From: Naegleria gruberi
Lineage: Eukaryota
Assembly (NCBI GenBank): GCA_000004985.1
Contig: GG738857.1
Reading direction: 5' to 3' (one strand)
Length of the DNA stretch: 64,000 bases
Shown here: positions 54,508 to 64,000 of the stretch, in pieces
How the letters are laid out: each line of letters begins with the position of its first letter
How positions within the stretch are numbered: the stretch's first letter is position 1
Notes under the pieces: model-generated
Told to the model about the DNA's origin: nothing
The model's database searches: none
What the model saw: the letters and a program-made list of their open reading frames with translations, nothing else
Translations under genes and position numbers: made by a program

Positions 54508-55935
54508 ATGTCCCAACAATACTTTTCTCGTCAATTAGTAGTATTCTGTCTAGTGGCGGCTCTTGCAATGACCTCTATGGTTCAGGGTCATACTATGACA
54601 ATGCATGCAAAGCTCGTCAATGTCATTCATCAAGTAAAGAACAAGATGGCAACAACTGTTACAGATCCAATTCCAACACGTCCTCCACAACTTCCATCTG
54701 CATTCAATGCAACAGTAACTACTACAGTACCATTCATTGGACAAGTCACTGGTCCTTTCTATTTTGATTATGACAATTCAAGAATGAGAACTGATGTTTC
54801 AATGTTTGGACAATCTCAAGCATCCATTGCTTTTTACAATGAAATGGTTCAATATGATATCATGTTACCAAATGGTCCATGTCAAGTGAAAAAATTGACA
54901 GATCCTATTTATCCATTCATTATTCCACCATTTGCCACATTTGTTGGATTTGAAAATGTCAATTCTAAAAATTGTCAACATTGGAACCTCCATTTGAGTC
55001 CATATATTATGGATTTTTATGTTTCATCAGATTCTAATGAAGATAATGGAAAGGATACTTATTATGTGGTTAGATTTACACTTTCTACTGATCCTACCTA
55101 TCCTATTCCAATGAATGTTCAAATGGATTTTGAAAATGTTCAAGTAGGTCCACAACCTGATTCACTTTTCTCAATTTGGAAGAATGCTGGTTGTCCAGTT
55201 CCAAAACCACCAACCTATTATTCTGTCAGTGGATACACAAAGAATGCTTTGAATGGACAAGTTATTCCAAATATTCAAGTTTCTTTGAGTTATGGAAATC
55301 AATATTTCAAAACTGCCTCAGATAAGAATGGTCTTTTCACATTTGACAAGGCCTTGGCAGGTTCAAATATTATTTTGAGTACTGAAGGTTTCACTAATGC
55401 AGGTTATCTTCCAATCAAGCAAAATATTTCATCACTTTCTGGTAACATTAACGCAGGAACAATTGCTGATTTGTTCTTGAGTCCAGTAATTCCATCAGGT
55501 CAATGGAGAGCCATCTTGAGTTGGGCTAGCTCACCTCGTGATTTGGATCTTCACATGATGATGCCAAATGGATGTCATACTTACTTTTCTAATAAGCAAT
55601 GTTTCACTCCTCAAGGAAATGCCACTTTGGATCACGATGTTAGAAATGGATTTGGTCCAGAAACTCTAACTCTTTCACCAAGTTCCAATGCAGCCAATTC
55701 TGAATTCAACTATTTTGTTTATAATTATAGTAATGAAGCAAGTTATGTGAAATCTCAAGCCCTTGTAAAGATTTACAATAGTGCAGGATTTGTTAATCAA
55801 ATTCAAATTCCAACAAGTGGATATGATACAAGTGCTCGTTACTGGAAAGTTTTCAAGTTGGTTATTGATGGAAGTGGTCAACCTCAAGTCAAAATTATCA
55901 ACACAGTTTCTCAAACTAATTTAATAGTTTATTAA
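54508..55935 (+). CDS. secreted protein with carboxypeptidase-regulatory-like (transthyretin-fold) segment
   Basis: 475 aa. Signal peptide MSQQYFSRQLVVFCLVAALAMTSMVQG. A central segment (SVSGYTKNALNGQVIPNIQVSLSYGNQYFKTASDKNGLFTF) fits the CarboxypepD_reg pattern. The rest is unassigned. Confidence 0.5.
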   Translation: MSQQYFSRQLVVFCLVAALAMTSMVQGHTMTMHAKLVNVIHQVKNKMATTVTDPIPTRPPQLPSAFNATVTTTVPFIGQVTGPFYFDYDNSRMRTDVSMFGQSQASIAFYNEMVQYDIMLPNGPCQVKKLTDPIYPFIIPPFATFVGFENVNSKNCQHWNLHLSPYIMDFYVSSDSNEDNGKDTYYVVRFTLSTDPTYPIPMNVQMDFENVQVGPQPDSLFSIWKNAGCPVPKPPTYYSVSGYTKNALNGQVIPNIQVSLSYGNQYFKTASDKNGLFTFDKALAGSNIILSTEGFTNAGYLPIKQNISSLSGNINAGTIADLFLSPVIPSGQWRAILSWASSPRDLDLHMMMPNGCHTYFSNKQCFTPQGNATLDHDVRNGFGPETLTLSPSSNAANSEFNYFVYNYSNEASYVKSQALVKIYNSAGFVNQIQIPTSGYDTSARYWKVFKLVIDGSGQPQVKIINTVSQTNLIVY

Positions 55936-55998
55936 CAATTAATAAATTTTTTTCAGAAGTTAGATAATTACATTATGTACACATAGTTATTATTATAT

Positions 55999-56751
55999 TT
56001 ACAAATTCTGACCACCAATAATCTTTTGAATTATTTCCTTATCTTTAGTTTCCTTAGCATAATCCAAAATAGTCCTTCCTCTATTATCCTTAGCTTTCAA
56101 ATCAATTGAGTGAGTATCTATGAGAGCATTAATACTTTGTCTGAGTCCACTCTTTTGATCGAAAGGATTCTTCTGTTTACTCAATCTCTCCATTGCATAC
56201 ATTAGAACATTTCGACCTTTCTTATCCTTTGCATTAATGTTGAGTGAGTCCTTTTTCAAAATTGCAAGAACCAATGAAAAGTAATCAACACTGTACATTA
56301 AAATTGTTTTTCCCTCTACATCACAATCATTGACACTGTAATCTGATAATATTTTGAACATGATTGAGGAAAAACCCCGTTCAGTGGCAAACATTAGAGC
56401 TGATTGTTGAGTTTCAAATGTTTTGAGTGAATAGTCAATTCCTCCAATAGACATTAATCGAGTTACATATGAGAAATTTTCATTAATAATAGCATGCATC
56501 AAGAGAGTTTTTCCCAAATAATCTTGCTTATTGACCAGTCTTGGATTAATGAGCATTAATTTTTGAAGATGAATTGTAAATTTGTTATCGGAATTGGAAT
56601 CCTGAACACCTCCACTCATCATACACATAGAAAATAACATTTGCAAAATAATTTCATCCTCTCCAAGTCTGATTGTTGGTGAAATTATTTCTTGAATATT
56701 AACCTGTTCTGATGATTCATTCTCGAATTGATAAGCAACAATATGAGACAT
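55999..56751 (-). CDS. ankyrin-repeat protein
   Basis: 250 aa. At least four ANK units (GKTLLMHAIINENFSYVTRLMSIGG.., GKTILMYSVDYFSLVLAIL.., GRNVLMYAMER.., GRTILDYAKETKDKEIIQKI). Confidence 0.65.
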   Translation of the reverse strand: MSHIVAYQFENESSEQVNIQEIISPTIRLGEDEIILQMLFSMCMMSGGVQDSNSDNKFTIHLQKLMLINPRLVNKQDYLGKTLLMHAIINENFSYVTRLMSIGGIDYSLKTFETQQSALMFATERGFSSIMFKILSDYSVNDCDVEGKTILMYSVDYFSLVLAILKKDSLNINAKDKKGRNVLMYAMERLSKQKNPFDQKSGLRQSINALIDTHSIDLKAKDNRGRTILDYAKETKDKEIIQKIIGGQNL

Positions 56752-56835
56752 TTTTTAAATATGTAATAATATTAATATTAAAAAGAACGTGATTGTAATT
56801 TTAGAAATTTTAGTTGTATTTTATGTTTGAGAAAT

Positions 56836-57420
56836 TTAAGCTCTCTTCTTGTATTGTCTAGAAGCTCTTCTACCTCTGCCCAATTCACCGTATCTACCTT
56901 CTCTCTTAGTGCTACCGTGCTTGTATGGCTTGGCGTGAGAACCAGCTTGACCTGGAGCCAAACCGAAGTGCTTCTTGGCTTCAGTATTCTTGTTACCTCT
57001 CAAGAGAACGCAACCCTTACCGTCTGGTGAGATTTGGGCCAATTGATCGAAAGTCAAGACTTGACCACCGTTTTCAACAATTCTCTTTCTGGCAGTTTCA
57101 GTAACGTGCAAAGCACAGACCTTCAAACCCTTTGGAGCATCCAACAAACGAGCATCATTGGTGATGGTACCAACAACGACAGCAACTTCCTTCTTTTCAC
57201 CAACGAGCTTGGTCAATCTGGCGAGAGTGACTGGTCTTTGTTCTCTTCTAGTGTGCAACATTCTGGCCAAAACCTTCTTGTTGAATTCAGCACCAGTTCT
57301 TCTGGCCAAGAGCTTGTAGAGCTTGACCAAGATGGACAAGTAGACGTTTGGAGAAACCAAATTCTTTCTAACGGACTTCTTTTCGTGAGTCTTTGCCAAG
57401 TACTTCTTATCAATACCCAT
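56836..57420 (-). CDS. rpl18: 60S ribosomal protein eL18
   Basis: 194 aa from MGIDKKY..VYLSILVKLYKLLARRT..VVVGTITND..LKVCALHVTETARKRI..GGQVLTFDQLAQ..GRGRRASRQYK. This is collinear with eL18 from animals and fungi. Codon usage is GC3-rich. Confidence 0.9.
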   Translation of the reverse strand: MGIDKKYLAKTHEKKSVRKNLVSPNVYLSILVKLYKLLARRTGAEFNKKVLARMLHTRREQRPVTLARLTKLVGEKKEVAVVVGTITNDARLLDAPKGLKVCALHVTETARKRIVENGGQVLTFDQLAQISPDGKGCVLLRGNKNTEAKKHFGLAPGQAGSHAKPYKHGSTKREGRYGELGRGRRASRQYKKRA

Positions 57421-57768
57421 CTTTAACTTTTGATGATAAATAAAAGCGTAACAGTGATACCTACTTTTTCAGGATTTTTTTTTCAACAAACTTTTAAAAT
57501 TTTTGGTTGAGCATTCTCTGGTTATTTTACAATGAAAAATTTTACCTCCAAATCCATATTGTTGTTCTCTTTTGCGTGTTAAAAAAACAGGGACAATTTG
57601 TTACTTTCATCAACACCATGATGTTTTGAACAATACAATCCTACCCGAGCTAATAAAACATGCAAATTGGAGTAAATTATTTTGCTATTGGATTCATCTA
57701 CCTAGTACTAGGATTATAACACATCATCAAGATAAACATTCATAATGATACAACTCACCGAATACTAT

Positions 57769-58998
57769 TTATTTCTTTTGGCCTAATTGTTGAGCAAATT
57801 GTTGATAGAATTTTTGGTATTGTTCTTGTTGCTCTTTGGAAAGTTGAGAAAGTTGAGAGTCAGTATTAGGATAGGATGCAGCAACTTTAGAACTTAGGGA
57901 GGCAGAGACCTGTTGATGAATATTGGTCTTTTCATTCGATCCCTTAATATAATTAAAGTAATCTACCTTTTTTCTATCATCATTGGCCAATGCTCCTTGT
58001 TTTCTTAGATTGTCTCTATATGTTTGTTCACTCTTCTTTTCATCAGCTTGTTGAGGTAAATAGTGTTGATAGTATTGTTGTTCTACAGATTTTGTTCCTT
58101 TGATATTAGTGGCAGCACCAGCAGAAACTTGTTGTAATTTGGAATTCATTTGTAAATGTTCTGGAATAATTGGATTTTCTGGTGTGTAACCTTCTGGATA
58201 GTGGAAAGGAAGTGAGGTTGTTGAAATTTTCTTCTCTTCCAAAGATTCCTTGATTTTGTTTTTCATTTCCTGCTCGTGACGTTTGGTGGCCAATGGATTT
58301 GGATCATCAGCACTCCAACGAATATGAATAATATCATCATTATCCAATGATTGACCTAGCATGGCTTCCTTTGCAAATTCAGCACACAATCTATTCTTGT
58401 ATTTTACAAAAGCATAACATTTTTCTGGAAATGCTCTAATATATTCAACTTCTCCCCATTCTTTGAAATGTCTCAGTAAAACTTCCTCATAATCAACTCC
58501 TGAAACATATTTAAATCCACTCACATATAAAGTACGACAATCCCTATTGAAAGAACCAACACCTGACATGTCATCACGATCAGTTGCATGTTTAGGTCTT
58601 CCGAAACAGTCTTTGGTAATTGGTATTCTACTAGCATCAGATGTTGTTGGTATTCTGTGAAGATATTTACATTCTGCTCCTTCAGCACATCTTCCATGAG
58701 CAAAGAATAGACAAAATACCGAATCCTTCAATGTACATCCAACAGTCCATCCAGCATCTGTTTTTATATTACATCTACTTTCTGCAGGTTCAATTTCCTT
58801 CTTTTGATGTTGTTGTCCAATATATTTATGATACCAAATGTTGTATTCTCCTCCGGTTTCTTCTTTTTGTAAATTTTGTTCGGCTGTTTTTCTTTGTGCT
58901 TGTACGCGAGCCTTTCTTATCTTTTTTACTCCACCACTGCTCGGGGATGGCACATCACTAATTTTATCTGATGATGAAGAAGAAGTTTGATTGACCAT
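57769..58998 (-). CDS. cwc2: pre-mRNA splicing factor Cwc2 (torus-CCCH zinc finger-RRM)
   Basis: 409 aa. YNIWYHKYIGQ..VFCLFFAHGRCAEGAECKYLHRIP..DCFGRPKHATDRDDMSGVGSFNRDCRTLYVSGF..CYAFVKYKNRLCAEFAKEAMLGQSL is collinear with yeast Cwc2 ([45 protein letters not shown]..). Confidence 0.8.
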   Translation of the reverse strand: MVNQTSSSSSDKISDVPSPSSGGVKKIRKARVQAQRKTAEQNLQKEETGGEYNIWYHKYIGQQHQKKEIEPAESRCNIKTDAGWTVGCTLKDSVFCLFFAHGRCAEGAECKYLHRIPTTSDASRIPITKDCFGRPKHATDRDDMSGVGSFNRDCRTLYVSGFKYVSGVDYEEVLLRHFKEWGEVEYIRAFPEKCYAFVKYKNRLCAEFAKEAMLGQSLDNDDIIHIRWSADDPNPLATKRHEQEMKNKIKESLEEKKISTTSLPFHYPEGYTPENPIIPEHLQMNSKLQQVSAGAATNIKGTKSVEQQYYQHYLPQQADEKKSEQTYRDNLRKQGALANDDRKKVDYFNYIKGSNEKTNIHQQVSASLSSKVAASYPNTDSQLSQLSKEQQEQYQKFYQQFAQQLGQKK

Positions 58999-59163
58999 TT
59001 TTTTAATATTTTGTTTTTATTTTGATCTTTTGTTGTTAAAAGGCTAAATGTTTTTTTAGAAAATGTTCATACCAACATTTTGTAATCTTTAAATTAAATA
59101 AACAATGGAAACTGCTGGATCACACAACGAGACTATGATAAAATATGTTTTTATTAAGCTTTC

Positions 59164-59919
59164 TTATAAAACCATTTTCATGAGATTACAACAATCTCCA
59201 CAAGTGGCTGGAATTGTTTTGAAAGGCTTTCTAATTCTTTCAATCTTGGCACCGTTTTCACCTGGAATATAATCGACAACTTCATAGTTATCATAGTAAA
59301 GTCTGGCAACTTCCACAAATCCTACTTTGGCATAGAGTCTTTGAGAGGCAAATCCAGTACATTCAACCATAATTTGTTCATAGTTTAATTTTCTTGCCAA
59401 ATCCATTGATGCAGTGAACATTTTCTTGACAAGTCCAGATTGTCTGGCAAATCCATATGATCCAACAGAACAAATCTTTAAAGTTTTCTTTTCCAATTCA
59501 TGAGTATTGTTGGTTCGCTTCAATTGATTGTGATAGAGATCATGTAAATCATCCAACAATTTCAAATGAAGCAAAATACCTTCATCTGAAGAATGTGGTT
59601 CTTCCCAATCATTGTCATCACTACACAAGTGGAATGCAACAACCATGTTTGAATTCTTTTCAACAGCAATGTGTGAAACGCCACCTTGAGCACATCTCTT
59701 AACATATCCAACTGCGTACGGGAAATAAGCTGTTGGAGTAGTAGAAGTGCCAATAGCCAAAGGTTCTTCTTGAGCAAAAATCATGGCAAGAGCAAGGGCT
59801 GTCTGTTGGACGTATTCTTCTGTTAAAACACGAACTTCAAATTCTGATGGAAGAACATTTGGGTCAGATCCCATTCCATCAATTCTAATGACTTGAGTAA
59901 CATTATTTTGAGTATTCAT
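59164..59919 (-). CDS. GNAT-family N-acetyltransferase-like protein
   Basis: 251 aa. The acetyl-CoA-binding-like segment ICSVGSYGFARQSGLVKKMFTASMDLARKLNYEQIMVECTGFASQRLYAKVGFVEV fits the Q/RxxGxG/A pattern. Confidence 0.45.
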   Translation of the reverse strand: MNTQNNVTQVIRIDGMGSDPNVLPSEFEVRVLTEEYVQQTALALAMIFAQEEPLAIGTSTTPTAYFPYAVGYVKRCAQGGVSHIAVEKNSNMVVAFHLCSDDNDWEEPHSSDEGILLHLKLLDDLHDLYHNQLKRTNNTHELEKKTLKICSVGSYGFARQSGLVKKMFTASMDLARKLNYEQIMVECTGFASQRLYAKVGFVEVARLYYDNYEVVDYIPGENGAKIERIRKPFKTIPATCGDCCNLMKMVL

Positions 59920-60585
59920 TTTGGTTCAATTTGTTGATTGATAATTAATAAGGTTGATTTTCACGGTGTGATAAAGATAAGAGTTGCACCTCTAATTGAA
60001 TAATTGCAAGGTCTGTATAATGGTTTTCTTGTTGAATCAATGATGAAAGGTTCACCATATAGTATAATGTTATTGATTGTACTAAAAAGTTGTTGTGATA
60101 TTAATCGTAGAATTAATATACTAGCAATAGTATGTATCGGAGAAGAGTAAATGATGATACTAATTAATTTAGCTTGTTAAACAATCAGAGAGAGGAGTAT
60201 CTTAAGCAAAATGCAAGAAAACTTCGCGTTGTTGATTTGTTTGATTTTTTTCAAGTTGAGCGCGTCAAACTAATTTTGCACTCTCATAATCTTCTTATCT
60301 GTGCATTGATAGCAGCGGTTTTTTACATTATCGAAATGGTACCCACCAAAAATCTAGAAGGAGTTTTTTAAAGTGTTATGAAAGACAAGTAAGGTGAGGA
60401 CATTTATGGTTGCTACTGATAAGACGTTGGTCCAAAGGTTACAATGATAAAATATCAATGCACTACAGTTTTTTCTTGAATGGAATTAGGTTGCATTTGG
60501 AGATTTGGTTTAATGGAGATTAAGAAATGGAACAGGAATAATGTGAATATTTGGAGATGGAGAGTGATGCAGAATTGATATTATT

Positions 60586-62786
60586 TTATTGAGTAATGAC
60601 AACTGTTTGAGAAAGGGTATTGATAATTTCTTTGGAAATTTTACATTTTTCAATCTTTAACTGTTTCAATTTGCCCTTCTTGCAAAGTTTCAACAATTCA
60701 TCACCAGTGATGAGAGTATTTTCAGAAATGTCAAGAATTTCTAGAGATGGACAGTAAGCTAAATGTGCAAGTCCTTCATTGTTGACATGGATACATCTTT
60801 GAATGACAAATTCTTTGAGTGAGGTACAATTTTCCAAATACTTCAATCCACCATTGGTGAATCCTCTCACACCTGTCAAATTGAGATATTCAACCACGTT
60901 GCTCAAATGTTTAGAAATGCATTCTAATGACTTGTCAGTAATGTTGGAACACTTTTTTAGATTGAGATGAGATAAATTCTTAGAGTTGATAATAACTCTT
61001 TCAATACCGCCATCTGTAATCATATCAGAGAATGATAGGACAAGTTCTTTGAGATTGCAGGTCCAATCAGATATTACTCTTAAACAATTGTCTGAAGTAA
61101 GTTTACAGCCCATCATACTGAGCTTCTCTAATTTTGGAAGGGATCCAGATCTTACTCCAGAAATTTCCAACAAGTGACAACCAGTCAAATTAAGAACTCT
61201 AATATTTTGGCAACTATTCACAAGTTGAGTCAATCCCTTTGCTGTAATATGTCTGCAACATTGAAGAGTCAAGTCCTCCAATTCAGTCATTTCTGATAAA
61301 TACCTTACACCTTCATCTGTAACTTGGTGACAGAATGTCAAATCCAAATATTTCAATTTAGTTTTACATGCAGATTGAGACAAGTGCTTGACACCAAGAT
61401 CTGTTACATTTACACATCCTGTCATGTCCAAATAATTCAATTGAGAAAATTGGCTAATGTAAGACATGGCAGAATCATTAACTTTTGTACAACCTCTAAG
61501 ATTTAAATGGGTTAAATTTTGGCTGATATATGTCAAATACTTGACACCATTGTCAGTAATGTAATGGCATCCTTGAACATTGAGAGTGTGCAATGTTTGA
61601 AGACCATAATTTGGTTCTCTACTGTTTGGATTTCTCTTTGAAGTGAATCCAAAGTTTCTCTGATAATATAATACATTGAATGGTGTTGGAGCAATAGCTT
61701 TGCTAAACTTGGTATTTGTAAAACTGGAAATATCAGTTGATGCAGTTGAGGTTACATCATCATCTTCTTCACCAATGGCTTCAGTATTTTCATCATCCTC
61801 TCCATTGTATGATTGAGTATCAAATGCTGTACTACTGTATACACTTGCTGATTCATCAATTGAATCTAAATGTTGCTCATAATCAAAGTTGAGATCAAAA
61901 TTACCACTGATAGGATCAATGGCAGGTGGCATTGCCAAATAATCAGCATTTGAATAAATGTACTTGTGAGCCAATTGCAATAGACCCTTATCTGTGATTT
62001 GAAAATCTTCACTACTCCCTGAATTACACAAATCCAACACTTCCAAAAATGCAAACTTTCTTACAAACTTTACAAAGGTATCTTCATTCATCTTTCTCAA
62101 TGGTCCAAGAACTTGAACTGTGTGAACTCCTCTGATCCACATACATGCAACTATTTTTCATTTCGAATAACACGAAGATTCTTATACTTACACTTTTTAG
62201 AAACAACTGAAAAGTTCTTTGCCAAATAAACTACTGGAATATATTGAAATATTTGAACAATAATCTCATCAGGTAGATCAGAAAAACTAAATTCATAATC
62301 AGATCCATATCCAAAATCAATATCACTATATCTGATTAATTGACTTGTATCTTCTGGATAGTAAAACTTTTTTCTCAAATTTTTAATTCTCTTTTTATGT
62401 TTTCTTCGCTTTTGTTTGCTCTTACTTTTTAGGAAACTTGAATTTGATGTTGGACTTGCATTTACAATTAAACTTGATTTTTGATTATACGAATTGATAT
62501 TAGAATTTGTTTCCAAAGAAGATTCAACATTTATCTTTGGAATATGAGAGGAAGATGAAGATGTATTCTTTGCTGATTCGGCATGATTTACTACATTCGG
62601 GGATGGTTTTGAAAGGAACAATCGTGCAAGATTAGTACTTGTTAGAGAAAGTCTCTTGTCATTATTTGAAGATGATGTGACAGAAATAGTACTATTTGTA
62701 TGATGTGTTGTTGTTGATGGTGAAGATGCTCCTGTTGGTGTTGTATTGATAGGTGGTTTGTCTTTACTCTTTTTCAGGACAAACAT
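60586..62786 (-). CDS. F-box/LRR-repeat protein (FBXL2-type Cys-containing LRRs), 2 exons
   Basis: Exon 1 is 62786..62192, with the F-box LPDEIIVQIFQYIPVVYLAKNFSVVSKKC after an S/N-rich N-terminus. GTAAGT donor and a 41-nt intron ending aaaatAG at 62151. Exon 2 is 62150..60586 and joins in phase 1 (..KK|F|ACMWIRG..). It continues with ~13 CC-type LRRs (LDLTFCHQVTDEGVRYL.., LTLQCCRHITAKGL.., LNLTGCHLLE..). Confidence 0.7.
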
Positions 62787-63011
62787 TTTTTTCGAATGTC
62801 GATTTTCAGATTAGTTTAGTTGAGGAGGAAACATCTTCTTGGTGGTTCCTTGTTCTTATTGTTCAAAGTACCAATAAAGGTGATTGACTAGTTTTACAAA
62901 ATCTGATTGTTTGGGGACGCCAGGTCAATTTTAAAGAATTGCAAGTTTAATAGGAGTACAAAATATTTAAGGTGGATAATTTAAAACAAAATTGTTGGCA
63001 AATCAAGTTTC

Positions 63012-63987
<976 letters not shown>

Positions 63988-64000
63988 TTTTTCAAAGTAT

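Overview
This is a gene-dense, AT-rich eukaryotic chromosomal segment, about 70% A+T with even more AT-rich intergenic DNA. It has the hallmarks of a dictyostelid social amoeba (Amoebozoa): AAAAATG start contexts, poly-N/Q/S/T tracts, GTAAGT/GTATGT...AG introns, C-ending codons in highly expressed genes, and a heavy load of F-box/LRR and TKL receptor-kinase genes. It is not prokaryotic. I see no operons or CRISPR arrays, and I did not find a prokaryote-style novel system here.

I support about 40 protein-coding genes on both strands and two tRNA genes, tRNA-Ile(AAU) and tRNA-Arg(UCU), each with a Pol III T-run. Many six-frame ORFs begin at TTG/GTG in the supplied track, so I re-anchored starts to the first ATG where needed. 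About 15 genes are spliced. Introns fall into two size classes. Most are very short (37-57 nt); a minority are 110-185 nt.

Recognisable conserved genes:
- 3-hydroxyanthranilate 3,4-dioxygenase
- CNOT9/Rcd1
- coatomer delta
- PIG-P
- Aralar-type Ca-binding mitochondrial carrier
- ADP-ribosylglycohydrolase
- SHQ1
- Cwc2
- ribosomal protein eL18
- a five-exon Rab6-like GTPase
- a SAM-dependent methyltransferase

Accessory-type content worth noting:
- Two single-pass receptor-like TKL kinases with bacterial-type ectodomains: one PstS-like phosphate-binding domain and one Pmp/parallel-beta-helix GGA[ILV]/FxxN repeat domain.
- A GPI-anchor-like SBP_bac_3-type solute-binding protein.
- Seven or eight cullin-RING ligase substrate-adaptor genes (F-box/LRR, KCTD-BTB+SPRY, BTB-BTB with two discoidin-like domains).
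- An 850-bp element with terminal inverted repeats (TIRs) flanked by TA duplications.
- A ~160-bp direct duplication flanking a frameshifted F-box/LRR gene.
- A 26-nt motif shared by two unrelated 5' regions.

All calls rest on reading the sequence and on family knowledge. I ran no database searches.
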